NCBI RefSeq assembly: GCF_001548275.1
Contig: NZ_AP014945.1
Span: 1,770,001 to 1,802,000 of the forward strand
Source: Caldimicrobium thiodismutans
GTDB taxonomy: Bacteria; Desulfobacterota; Thermodesulfobacteria; Thermodesulfobacteriales; Thermodesulfobacteriaceae
Direction of reading: 5' to 3'
DNA length: 32,000 nucleotides
The notes below the pieces were generated by a model that was not told the origin of the DNA, did no database searches, and worked only from the letters and a program-made list of their open reading frames with translations. Every line of letters begins with the position of its first letter. Position 1 is the first letter of the stretch. This document shows, piece by piece, positions 18,252 to 27,943 of the stretch. Position numbers and translations under genes: made by a program.

Positions 18252-18710
18252 ATGAAAGAAGAGACTTTGGAGGAGAAAAAATATGTAAAGAATTTTAAAA
18301 ATAGATCCAGAGGAGAGGGGGAATGGAAGAAAAGGCATAGATTTTGTGAAGTTGAGAGTGGGGAAGGGGGCTTTGCCCTTAAAGGAAGAATCTGGATTGA
18401 TGGGCCTGAAGGAACCTTTCTTGGTTTTGGAAGGGCTATTCTTCTTGAAAGAATTAAAGAGTTTGGTTCCATTTCTGCTGCAGCAAGATCTATGAAGATG
18501 GCTTATAAACAGGCATGGCAACTTGTTGATTCCATGAATAAACAGGCAGGAACTCCCCTTGTGGAAACCTTTATAGGTGGAAAAAGAGGCGGAGGAGCAA
18601 AATTAACTGAGGCTGGAGAGAAAACTTTAAAAGCATTTTGGACCTTTTATGAAGACTTCCAAAAATTTTTAAAAGAGGAAAAAAAGAAAATTTTTTCAAT
18701 CTTCCTCTAA
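18252..18710 (+). CDS. ModE-like winged-helix transcriptional regulator, DNA-binding domain only (no Mop/molbindin domain)
   Basis: Residues about 45-140 resemble the E. coli ModE N-terminal domain (RAILLERIKEFGSISAAARSMKMAYKQAWQLVDSMN...GGKRGGGAKLTEAGEKTL). GGAGG SD lies 6 nt before ATG 18252. The protein ends about 20 aa after the HTH domain. Confidence 0.7.
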   Translation: MKEETLEEKKYVKNFKNRSRGEGEWKKRHRFCEVESGEGGFALKGRIWIDGPEGTFLGFGRAILLERIKEFGSISAAARSMKMAYKQAWQLVDSMNKQAGTPLVETFIGGKRGGGAKLTEAGEKTLKAFWTFYEDFQKFLKEEKKKIFSIFL

Positions 18711-19784
18711 TACAAAAATTTTTTCCTTAGGTAGAGTAACTGTTATTTTTTTAGAGGGTCTTAAATTTATTTTATTTAAGGCATAGTCAGGCAAAATTAT
18801 CTCAATTGCTTTTTTGCTGTAAAGGGGCTTAAATCTCACCCATGTTTTAGGCCCAAAGGGGTAAATCTCCTCAACTATCCCCTCAATGAGATTTTCCTTT
18901 TTTGAAGGAAGATCTGGCCTAAGAATTATAATCTCCTCCTCTCTTATGCCAAATTTAATCTGTGAAGAAGAAATTTTAAGAATCTTTTCTCTGGGAAGGG
19001 TTATTTCTTTATTTATCTCTTCACAAAAAATAGTTGCATCTTTATGATCTATTTTTTTGATTATACCGTTAAATATATTTTTAATTCCAAAATAAGAAGC
19101 AACTTTTATATTTTTTGGTTCTCTATAGACCTTCTCCTTGGTATCACTTTGAAGGATTTTTCCTTCTATCATAACAGTGACATAATCGGCCATGAAAAAG
19201 GTTTCCTCAAGGTCATGGCTTACCATGAGGATGGTTAAACCTAAGGTTTTTTGTAGTTCTTTGAGGAGTAGCCAGAGTTCTCTTTTCAGACCTTCATGGA
19301 GGGAAGAAAAAGGTTCATCTAAGAGAAGATACCTTTGCCCTGAAGCAAGGGCTCTTGCAAGGGCTACTCTCTGGCGCTCACCTCCACTTAAAAAGCTTGC
19401 CTTTTTCTTGAGAAGATGGGAAATTCCAAAGGCTTCAGCAAGTTCAAAAGCAAATCTTATTCTTTCTTGCTTATTTTCAACTTTTCCAAATTTTATACCA
19501 TAGGTAATATTTTCTTCCACAGTAAGATGAGGAAAGATGGCAAGATCTTGAGGCACATACGAGAAACCTCTTTTATGGACAGGAAGATGGGAAATATCTT
19601 TTCCCTCAAGAAAAATACTTCCTTGGGACACTTTTTTAAAGCCAAGAATGGCTTCAAGAAGAGTAGTTTTTCCACACCCTGTTGGTCCAATAAGAAGATG
19701 GCAGCTACTAGAAGGAACAGTGAGATTAATTTCTTTAAGAGAGAAATCTCTGTATTCAACCCAAAGATTCTCTACTTGAATCAT
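18696..19784 (-). CDS. modC: Molybdate/tungstate-type ABC transporter ATP-binding protein with C-terminal TOBE-like domain
   Basis: Walker A GPTGCGKTT, signature LSGGERQRVALARAL, Walker B LLLDEPFSSL, H-loop VSHD. A beta-rich C-terminal extension of about 120 aa. Operon context with ModA/ModB-like genes and a ModE-type operator. Confidence 0.8.
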   Translation of the reverse strand: MIQVENLWVEYRDFSLKEINLTVPSSSCHLLIGPTGCGKTTLLEAILGFKKVSQGSIFLEGKDISHLPVHKRGFSYVPQDLAIFPHLTVEENITYGIKFGKVENKQERIRFAFELAEAFGISHLLKKKASFLSGGERQRVALARALASGQRYLLLDEPFSSLHEGLKRELWLLLKELQKTLGLTILMVSHDLEETFFMADYVTVMIEGKILQSDTKEKVYREPKNIKVASYFGIKNIFNGIIKKIDHKDATIFCEEINKEITLPREKILKISSSQIKFGIREEEIIILRPDLPSKKENLIEGIVEEIYPFGPKTWVRFKPLYSKKAIEIILPDYALNKINLRPSKKITVTLPKEKIFVLEED

Positions 19785-20558
19785 TTAAAGAATCTCTTTT
19801 TTATTAAAAAGTCTTACTGAGTAAAGGGTTAGAAGCCCTATGATGATTAAAATTAAAATTAAAGCCACCGTTCCTTCAATATCTGCGCTTGCAAGTCTCA
19901 TAAAGATGGCAATGGGGAGGGTTTCTGTTTTAAAAGCCATAGTGCCTGCTATGGTTATAGTTGCTCCAAATTCTCCAAGAGCCTTTGCCCAGGTAAGAAT
20001 ACCAGCTGCTACAAGGCCTCTTTTACAAAGGGGAAGTGTAATGGTAAGGAAGGTTCTGGCAGGACCTACTCCTAAGGATAAAGCTACTTCTTCATACCTC
20101 TTTGGTATTTCGTCCATAGCAGCCTTAATAAGTCTTGTAGAGATACCAAGAACAGTTATAAATTGGGCGAGAATAACTCCATAGGCAGTAAAAACAAAAG
20201 ACACTAAGTTTTCTTGAATCCAGACTCCAAGGGGGGTATTAAAAAAGATAAGAAGCATAGCTCCAAGGGCAGAGGGTGAGACAATCATAGGTAATTCAAG
20301 AGTAGTATCGATAAGATTTTTTCCTTTAAAATTAAATCTTGAAAGGGCATAGGCTGAGGGAATAGCAAAAATTAAAGCCAAGATAGTGGCTAAAGTTGCA
20401 GAGATAAAGCTTAATTTTATGGAAAAGAGAGTGCGTTTTGAAAGGAGGCTCTCCAAGAAGAGAGAGCCCCTAAAAAAATATAAAAGAGAGATTATCAAAA
20501 TAATGTAAAGGCCAAAGATGGATAGAGCAGAAAAAAGGACAAGTCTTTTAAATCTCAC
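19785..20558 (-). CDS. modB: Molybdate/tungstate-type ABC transporter permease
   Basis: Six-TM BPD_transp_1-type permease with an EAA-loop-like segment EEVALSLGVGPARTFLTITLPL. It abuts modC and overlaps modA by 4 nt. Confidence 0.8.
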   Translation of the reverse strand: MRFKRLVLFSALSIFGLYIILIISLLYFFRGSLFLESLLSKRTLFSIKLSFISATLATILALIFAIPSAYALSRFNFKGKNLIDTTLELPMIVSPSALGAMLLIFFNTPLGVWIQENLVSFVFTAYGVILAQFITVLGISTRLIKAAMDEIPKRYEEVALSLGVGPARTFLTITLPLCKRGLVAAGILTWAKALGEFGATITIAGTMAFKTETLPIAIFMRLASADIEGTVALILILIIIGLLTLYSVRLFNKKEIL

Positions 20559-21412
20559 TTTTTAATCCACTCTGTAGGAACAATGTATTCTCCGCCTACA
20601 GGCTTTTTTCCGCCTATCCAGGAAAAGGCCTCATCAGGGGTCATAAAATAGTGATATTTTCTAAATATAGCCTTTCCCTCTTTAGAAAGGACAAAATCTA
20701 TAAACTTTTGAGCAAGGTCTCTATTTTTAGTAAACTTTGAGATGGCAATGGGAATATAACCAATGCGAATGATTTCCTCTTTTTTGAGTGGTATAGTTTC
20801 AATCCTATAAGGATCCCAGTGTTCAAAGACCCTCCAACCAATCACCGCATCTACTGTTTTAAGAGAAATAGCAGTGGCAGTTTTTTCACAACTTTCTGTA
20901 TAATTGACCAGGTTTTTTCTAAATCTTTCTTTTTCTTCTGGGGTAAAGTTTTTCTCTATAATTTCAACGGCATAGGCTCCTACACAGACTCCCTCTGGAT
21001 TGGCTATAGCAACTTTAATTCCAGGTCTTGTAAGATCTTTAAGAAATTTTATCTTTTTGGGGTTACCCCTTTGAACATTGATGGCAGGAACAAGGTAAAC
21101 TACCTTTTGCTCTGTTTCTGGAAAAACAGCTCCTTTTTTCTTAGCAAGTTCCATGTAATCTGAAGATCCTGGGAAGTAAATATCACCCTGTTTGGATAGA
21201 AGCATTTGAGAAAGAACATAGCCCGATCCACCAAAAATAATATCTACTTTTACACCATATTTTTTTTCAAAGGCTTTGGCTACCTCCTCAGTAGGAGGTT
21301 TGCTTGCAGCTCCTGCATAAATAAGAAGCCTCTCTTTGGAATAGCCCAGGTTAACCTTAAATACACCTAAGGAGAGATAGAAAAGTAAAAGAAACACCCC
21401 AATCCCTCTCAT
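20555..21412 (-). CDS. modA: Molybdate/tungstate ABC transporter periplasmic substrate-binding protein (ModA/WtpA-like)
   Basis: Signal peptide MRGIGVFLLLFYLSLGVF. ModA-like N-terminal block LLIYAGAASKPPTEEVAKAFEKKYGVKVDIIFGGSGYVLSQM. GGGAGGAG SD lies 4 nt before the ATG. The anion specificity (Mo vs W) cannot be decided from sequence by eye. Confidence 0.75.
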   Translation of the reverse strand: MRGIGVFLLLFYLSLGVFKVNLGYSKERLLIYAGAASKPPTEEVAKAFEKKYGVKVDIIFGGSGYVLSQMLLSKQGDIYFPGSSDYMELAKKKGAVFPETEQKVVYLVPAINVQRGNPKKIKFLKDLTRPGIKVAIANPEGVCVGAYAVEIIEKNFTPEEKERFRKNLVNYTESCEKTATAISLKTVDAVIGWRVFEHWDPYRIETIPLKKEEIIRIGYIPIAISKFTKNRDLAQKFIDFVLSKEGKAIFRKYHYFMTPDEAFSWIGGKKPVGGEYIVPTEWIKK

Positions 21413-21443
21413 AGGACTCCTCCCATTTGTTTTTTGTTTTAAG

Positions 21444-21467
21444 CGTTATATATCTTAGTCTATAACG
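21444..21467. promoter_or_regulatory. ModE-type operator (inverted CGTTATAT half-sites, 8-nt spacer)
   Basis: CGTTATAT-atcttagt-CTATAACG. The half-sites are CGTTATAT and (rc) CGTTATAG. This closely resembles the E. coli modA operator as I recall it (CGTTATAT-N8-ACATAACG). It lies 32-55 nt upstream of the modA start. Confidence 0.65.
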
Positions 21468-21480
21468 AAAATTTTGTCAA
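21452..21480 (-). promoter_or_regulatory. Putative sigma70 promoter of the modABC operon
   Basis: On the minus strand: -35 TTGACA (21480-21475), 17-nt spacer, -10 TAAGAT (21457-21452). The operator covers the spacer and the -10. Confidence 0.55.
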
Positions 21481-21549
21481 GGGATGTATTTAAAATTACT
21501 TTTAATTTTGTGTTTATACAGCTTAAGAAAAAGGGGTAAGCTTTTAGGA

Positions 21550-22311
21550 TTAGCTGAGATAGAGGATTTCTCCAGTGTTGACTTTTATGATTTCTCCTTC
21601 ACTTTCAAGAAAAAGAGCCCCTTTTGAGTCAATGGAGATAGCGTTACCTATAAGCCCTCCTTCCTCATCTGTATTGTAATGATAATAAACGCATCTTCCC
21701 AAGGTATCAGAATATTTTTTAAAGTCCTCAATTATGGGATTTGATAAAGCTTCTCCATAATAGAGGTCAAGATCAAGAGTCCAAAGTATTTGATAATAGG
21801 AGTTAAAATACTTAATGAAGAGGGCAAGAAGTTCTTTAAGGGAGACTTCCTTTTTTATAATCTCTTTAAGACTAATAGCTGGAAGATGGGCAGGGGGATT
21901 ATTATTTACATTTATTCCAATTCCTATGATTATCCAATCTTTCCATCTTTCCATGAGGACTCCAGCCAGTTTTCTTCCCTGATAATGAAGATCGTTAATC
22001 CACTTTAAAAAGACCCTTTCTCCTCCCACAGTTCTTACAGCCCTGGTAAGGGCAAGTCCCACTGCTATTCCAAGTAATCCTTCTCTTTCAGGCAAGAGTT
22101 CATCATAAAGGGTTATCACCAGCCAGAGGCCTCCTTTTTTAGCATACCACCTTCTTTGAAAGCGGCCCTTGGCCTTTAAAACTTCACCTATCCAGAGAAT
22201 TCTTCCATGAGCTGTGCGAGGATAGAGTTCAATGAGTTCTTTGGCTTTATCCATCCCCCTATCAAGGGATGGATAATACCAGATTTCTTCTCCAATTATT
22301 AAAGGGACCAC
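21550..22311 (-). CDS. birA: Biotin--[acetyl-CoA-carboxylase] ligase, class I (no N-terminal HTH)
   Basis: GRFQRRWYAKKGGLW (biotin-binding GRGRxGRxW-type loop) and LKWINDLHYQGRKLAGVLME (KWPNDL motif). The GTG start overlaps the upstream gene by 13 nt. Confidence 0.85.
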   Translation of the reverse strand: MVPLIIGEEIWYYPSLDRGMDKAKELIELYPRTAHGRILWIGEVLKAKGRFQRRWYAKKGGLWLVITLYDELLPEREGLLGIAVGLALTRAVRTVGGERVFLKWINDLHYQGRKLAGVLMERWKDWIIIGIGINVNNNPPAHLPAISLKEIIKKEVSLKELLALFIKYFNSYYQILWTLDLDLYYGEALSNPIIEDFKKYSDTLGRCVYYHYNTDEEGGLIGNAISIDSKGALFLESEGEIIKVNTGEILYLS

Positions 22312-22958
22312 TCCTCTTTTATGCGCTGGATTATTTTCTCAAGATGGGGTAAATCTTCAACCGGACAGAGGCCGAGAAGAGGTGAACCAGTCTGAATGAG
22401 CTCAAAAGGCTTAAAATAGATTTGATAGATGATAAAACTTCCCTTTTCCTTAAGATAAATAGGGGTTTCTCTTTTCATAAAGGTCATAATGAGAAGTTCT
22501 TCACCCTCATTAACAGAGGTCTTCCCAAGGCCCTCCTTTTCAACCCTTCTTGTAAGCTCAGGGGTTAATATATAACGCGCTGTTTCAGGGGCACTAATAA
22601 TATAAAGGGCTGATAGTAAAATTTCCGCAATCACCTCTTCCTGAGAAAGGGGATGCCTTATCTCAAGAATCTTTTCTCCTGCCTCAACGAATTTATTCAG
22701 AAGATCTGTTCTTATCCCTATGGCTTGGCCACTATAATTTGCCCGAATGAGTTTGGGATTTTTTTCTCTTTCAAGAACAAAAAGAGGGGTGCCTGGTTTT
22801 TCAAGCCATTTTCCAGATGGACCCTTTACTTCTTCACCTTCTTTAATTTTAAATTCAATTATTTTTCCCGTATGGGGAGTAATAACGGGATAGATTTTAA
22901 AAGGGTTAGCCTTCAGGCGTTGTAAAATCTTGGTTAACTGGACAAAGTCAATTTTCAT
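22299..22958 (-). CDS. Atypical biotin-carboxyl-carrier-like protein with two tandem biotinyl/lipoyl-type domains
   Basis: The C-terminal domain IISAPETARYIL...VNEGEELLIMTFMKRETPIYLKEKGSFIIYQIYFKPFELIQTGSPLLGL aligns by eye with E. coli BCCP SPMVGTFY...[45 protein letters not shown] (Lys162 at the biotinyl position). The N-terminal domain VITPHTGKIIEFKIKEGEEVKG...PLFVLEREKNPKLIRANYSGQAIGI has the same layout (Lys66). Confidence 0.55.
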   Translation of the reverse strand: MKIDFVQLTKILQRLKANPFKIYPVITPHTGKIIEFKIKEGEEVKGPSGKWLEKPGTPLFVLEREKNPKLIRANYSGQAIGIRTDLLNKFVEAGEKILEIRHPLSQEEVIAEILLSALYIISAPETARYILTPELTRRVEKEGLGKTSVNEGEELLIMTFMKRETPIYLKEKGSFIIYQIYFKPFELIQTGSPLLGLCPVEDLPHLEKIIQRIKEEWSL

Positions 22959-22964
22959 AAAGTT

Positions 22965-25181
22965 TTACCTGTAATAGAGATTTGGGCCTCCCATAGTAAG
23001 AAGGGCAAAAAAGAGTTTTTTTCTTAATTCTCGTCTATCCCAGATGCCTTGAATATGTCCTCTTTTTAAGGCATTTTCCACACTGTGATAATCCGGGGGA
23101 ACAGGCTGTCCTGTGGTTTCAAGAATAACCCTTGGGCCAGCAAATCCCAATCGGGTTGATTTTAAGGCAAATTGATAGGGAGCAGAACCAAGAAAACTTG
23201 CCACAGGCCCTGCATAGGAATTATTGTCATAAACCACAATATAAAGCCCTCCACTATCCACATAATCCCTTACAGCCATGGTGCATCTTGGCATCTGCAC
23301 AACTCCCATGGTTCCTTCATGGATGCGAATCCCACCCGTGGTATGAACTAAGGCAATAAAGGGTCTTCTTGAGATTTTAGCAAGTTCTATAGCCCGGATA
23401 AATTTTTCCCCTTCTGCAACTCCCACTGTCCCTTGTCTGAAATCTGCAACCAGCATAACTACCACAACGGAGAGGCCACCAATCTTAGCTTCAAAAGAAA
23501 TAAGAGCAGAGTTTAAACCGGTCTCCTTTCTGGCACTTTTTAATTTTTCGGCATAACCCTCAAAATTTAAGGGGTTGCCAGAGGAAAGCTCATCGTTAAA
23601 GGTATGAATACTATTTTTATCAAAAAGGTTATTTAGATACCAGTTATATTCAAGGGGAAAATGGTAGCCACAGGTTGGGCAGACCCCACAGAACTCACCA
23701 TAAAGGTCTGGCACCCAAAGATCAGGGCATCCATACTTATCTGCCTGAGGACAGGTTATGGTCCGATCTTGCAGGGCAAGGGGACTTATATAAAGAGTGG
23801 TGTCTCCCTCAATCTCTGTTAAGGCCTTTACCTTGGCCTTTATTTTCTTGCCAACAATAAGGTTGTAAACGCTTTTCACTGGATCTGAGACAGGTTTCAA
23901 CAGAAGAGAAGACTCACTAACAACCTCATCCCAGAATCTTTTAAAGGTCTTCTGTCCTCTTTTGAGGATCCTATATTTAATCTCATAGGCAAAGCTCTGG
24001 CTGAGTTGGGCACCTCTCTGGGCCATACATCTTAGAAATCCCTTAGGTTCAAGCAAGGCCCATTGGGACATCTTTCGATACTTTAGATATCTATTTTCAA
24101 CCAGGATTTCTCTTTCATCTTCAGAAAGATCCCAATTAACAAAGTATCTGAAAGACTCATCTGTCTGTTTGGTAAGGGCATATTTTCTTAACATCTTGAG
24201 GCTTCTTGTATGCAAAACTACCTCATCTGTAGCCCGAATTAGTTCAAACTTTAACCTTTTAAAAAAATCATAGTCTCTTCTTCTGGCTCCTAAGGGAGGT
24301 TCTGGGATAATGCGGTCTATGGTTCCCAGCTCAAGATTATCCCTGGCTGTAAGCTTTAAGGCCTTAGCCATTTTTTCCACAAGTTCCCTTGGAGGTCTTC
24401 CATCTTTAAGTTTAGCTTCGATGGCAGCTGCTCCTTCTGGGCTTATAACAGAATAATATCCCTTTTCTGCCATAAGCCTGAGATCAGAAAGACCTATGGC
24501 TTCAGCTCCACCAGAACCACCTTCGGAAATAAAGGACACTGTTGGAACCTCAAGCTTACTTAAATAGTAGAGATTTCTTGCGATCTGCTGAGCAGCCCCT
24601 GGAGTATCTTCAATAGGATAGGCCCCAGGGGTAAATATAAAAAAGTGGATGGGAATCCCTTCAGTTTCAGCCATCTTCATATATCTTAGGGCCTTTTCAT
24701 TTCCCCAGGGAGTAGCACTGCCCCCTCTTCTAAACTCCTCGCCATGCCCTTTTTCGTGCCCTATGACCATGACCTGATGGAAATAGATCTCATTTCCAAC
24801 CCGTCGGCTAATGATGGCCTTTGCGCAGACTACTGCAGGATCAAGATTAAGCTCTCCCTCTCCTCCAAGTTCCACATAAGAATCATAGACATTCTCAAGG
24901 ATATCAAGAAGGGTAAATCTCTGAGGATGCCTAACAATCTTAACTATCTCATAAGGTGTAAGGGTCTCTTCAGCTTTATTAAGAATAAAGTTTAGTTTTT
25001 CTTGTGAATTAGTAAAGAAAACCTGCATATCTTCGGAAGAATATTCGTAGAAGTTTTGATATCTCTGCCTTAGAGTCTCACAAACCTGACCTATGTTATG
25101 AAAATCCTCACCTTTAATATCTATGATGTATTCAGCTAAATCTATAAGCTCTTTTAGCTTTTTGTGAAGTTCAATTAACAT
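22965..25181 (-). CDS. Acetyl-CoA carboxylase carboxyltransferase, fused alpha (N-terminal) and beta (C-terminal) subunits
   Basis: AccA-like block NEKALRYMKMAETEGIPIHFFIFTPGAYPIEDTPGAAQQIARNLYYLSKLEVPTVSFISEGGSGGAEAIGLSD...VISPEGAAAI. Internal Cys-rich zinc-ribbon CPQADKYGCPDLWVPDLYGEFCGVCPTCGYHF. AccD-like block VADFRQGTVGVAEGEKFIRAIELA...PFIALVHTTGGIRIHEG...GPVASFLG...LGFAGPRVI. Confidence 0.85.
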   Translation of the reverse strand: MLIELHKKLKELIDLAEYIIDIKGEDFHNIGQVCETLRQRYQNFYEYSSEDMQVFFTNSQEKLNFILNKAEETLTPYEIVKIVRHPQRFTLLDILENVYDSYVELGGEGELNLDPAVVCAKAIISRRVGNEIYFHQVMVIGHEKGHGEEFRRGGSATPWGNEKALRYMKMAETEGIPIHFFIFTPGAYPIEDTPGAAQQIARNLYYLSKLEVPTVSFISEGGSGGAEAIGLSDLRLMAEKGYYSVISPEGAAAIEAKLKDGRPPRELVEKMAKALKLTARDNLELGTIDRIIPEPPLGARRRDYDFFKRLKFELIRATDEVVLHTRSLKMLRKYALTKQTDESFRYFVNWDLSEDEREILVENRYLKYRKMSQWALLEPKGFLRCMAQRGAQLSQSFAYEIKYRILKRGQKTFKRFWDEVVSESSLLLKPVSDPVKSVYNLIVGKKIKAKVKALTEIEGDTTLYISPLALQDRTITCPQADKYGCPDLWVPDLYGEFCGVCPTCGYHFPLEYNWYLNNLFDKNSIHTFNDELSSGNPLNFEGYAEKLKSARKETGLNSALISFEAKIGGLSVVVVMLVADFRQGTVGVAEGEKFIRAIELAKISRRPFIALVHTTGGIRIHEGTMGVVQMPRCTMAVRDYVDSGGLYIVVYDNNSYAGPVASFLGSAPYQFALKSTRLGFAGPRVILETTGQPVPPDYHSVENALKRGHIQGIWDRRELRKKLFFALLTMGGPNLYYR

Positions 25182-25184
25182 ACT

Positions 25185-26576
25185 TTATGCCTTTAAAAAT
25201 TGGTAAATATATTTTAGATTATCCTTTAAAAATTCTATATTGCTAAGGAGAGGTTCCCCTTTATGGGTTTGTCCCTCAATTATCATCTCCTCCAAAAAGA
25301 GCTCAGACCTTTTTAAAAGCTCTGCAAGATCCTCTGCATAAATTATAGCTAAGGCCAGATTAGGGTCAAACTGGGTTGGAATGGTGTAAGGTCTATCCTG
25401 AGGCACATGGGTTCTCATGGTAAGCCAGGGGTGTTCTCGATATGAAAAGCGATGGATAACTCCACTCAAGGGAAGGAAGCCTCTTTTTGTATCCTCTGCA
25501 ATAAGCCTAAATTCAAGGCTCATGCCTTTAAAGACTATATCTCCCTGATCAAACCCGAGTTTTTCTCCAAGGGCAACGCGTATCTGTTCACGAATTAAGT
25601 TAACCCCTTTGTCCCTAATAAAAGAGATTTTAGCAGAAATCTCGTTTTCAACCTGAATTCGCGTATTAACTTCCATAAGGTAATACTTCCCTTCAGGGGT
25701 GATAAGCCATTCAAAGGTTCCTACACTATCATAATTAAAGTGTTCAGCCAGTTTAAGAGAGTGCTGAAGTATCTCTTTTTCAATTTGAAAGGGATCAAAG
25801 GCGTAATGATAGTGCTTACAAAAACCCGGGGCAAGCTCAATCCTTTTTTGTTTGAAGGGACTCTGAATGGTGCAATTTCTGGTGCCAAAATGAACATACT
25901 CTCCATGCTTGCTACCCAGGAGTTGAACCTCCAGATGTTGAAACTGGGGAATTTTTATTTCAATGATAATACCTTCTTCCCCAAAGAGTCTTTTGGCATA
26001 GGCTCGGATCTTTCTAAAGACTGGCCTTATCTCTTCAAGATTTTTAACCTCTTCAATACCCATTCCTCCGCCGCCAGCCACTGCCTTAACCAGGAAAGAG
26101 ATTTCCTGAAAACCCTCAGCTTTGGCCTCTTCCAAGAGCTCTTCAGCCTTTAATTCTGCTTCAATTTCATTATAAATAGGCTCAATAGTGCCTGGAATGA
26201 CAGGGATTCTAAGGTCGTGGGCTACTTTTTTCATATAAAGCTTATTGCCCAGATCTCTGATAGCCTCCCAAGTTGGTCCAATCCAAACAAGAGGTCTTTC
26301 CCGTTTAACAACTCTTCTGGCAAATCTATAATTTTCAGAAAGAAAGCCATAACCAGGATGAATGGCTGTGCATTTTTCTTCATCAGCAACAGCTAAAAGA
26401 TCATTCATATCCCGATAATCAGAGATACGATATTTTTTCTTAGCAAACCTTACATGAAGGGATTCTTCATCTTCTTTTGTATAAACAGCTACATAATCAA
26501 GACCAAGAAGTTCACAGGCCTCCATTATGCGAAGGGCTATTTCACCCCTATTGGCAATTAGGACCTTGTCTTTCAT
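25185..26576 (-). CDS. accC: Biotin carboxylase (AccC-like ATP-grasp enzyme), divergent
   Basis: MKDKVLIANRGEIALRIMEAC, HPGYGFLSEN, glycine loop KAVAGGGGMGI, catalytic block LMEVNTRIQVEN (E-x-N-x-R-x-Q-V-E retained), EFRLIAED. Confidence 0.85.
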   Translation of the reverse strand: MKDKVLIANRGEIALRIMEACELLGLDYVAVYTKEDEESLHVRFAKKKYRISDYRDMNDLLAVADEEKCTAIHPGYGFLSENYRFARRVVKRERPLVWIGPTWEAIRDLGNKLYMKKVAHDLRIPVIPGTIEPIYNEIEAELKAEELLEEAKAEGFQEISFLVKAVAGGGGMGIEEVKNLEEIRPVFRKIRAYAKRLFGEEGIIIEIKIPQFQHLEVQLLGSKHGEYVHFGTRNCTIQSPFKQKRIELAPGFCKHYHYAFDPFQIEKEILQHSLKLAEHFNYDSVGTFEWLITPEGKYYLMEVNTRIQVENEISAKISFIRDKGVNLIREQIRVALGEKLGFDQGDIVFKGMSLEFRLIAEDTKRGFLPLSGVIHRFSYREHPWLTMRTHVPQDRPYTIPTQFDPNLALAIIYAEDLAELLKRSELFLEEMIIEGQTHKGEPLLSNIEFLKDNLKYIYQFLKA

Positions 26577-26588
26577 AAGGGAATCCTA

Positions 26589-27893
<1,305 letters not shown>

Positions 27894-27910
27894 TTAAGGA
27901 CTTCAAGACC

Positions 27911-27919
27911 ATTATAACA
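27911..27919 (-). promoter_or_regulatory. Putative extended -10 promoter element upstream of purA
   Basis: The minus strand reads TGT-TATAAT (27919-27911), about 30 nt upstream of the purA ATG. There is no good -35 (GGTGGA). By-eye call. Confidence 0.35.
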
Positions 27920-27943
27920 TAAAATCATAAAAATCCACCCCTT

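Noticed and set aside
21520-21542. AGCTTA...TAAGCT hairpin just downstream of the birA stop, as a possible terminator
   Set aside because: It is a 6-bp AT-rich stem with an 11-nt loop and no U-tract, which is too weak to call.
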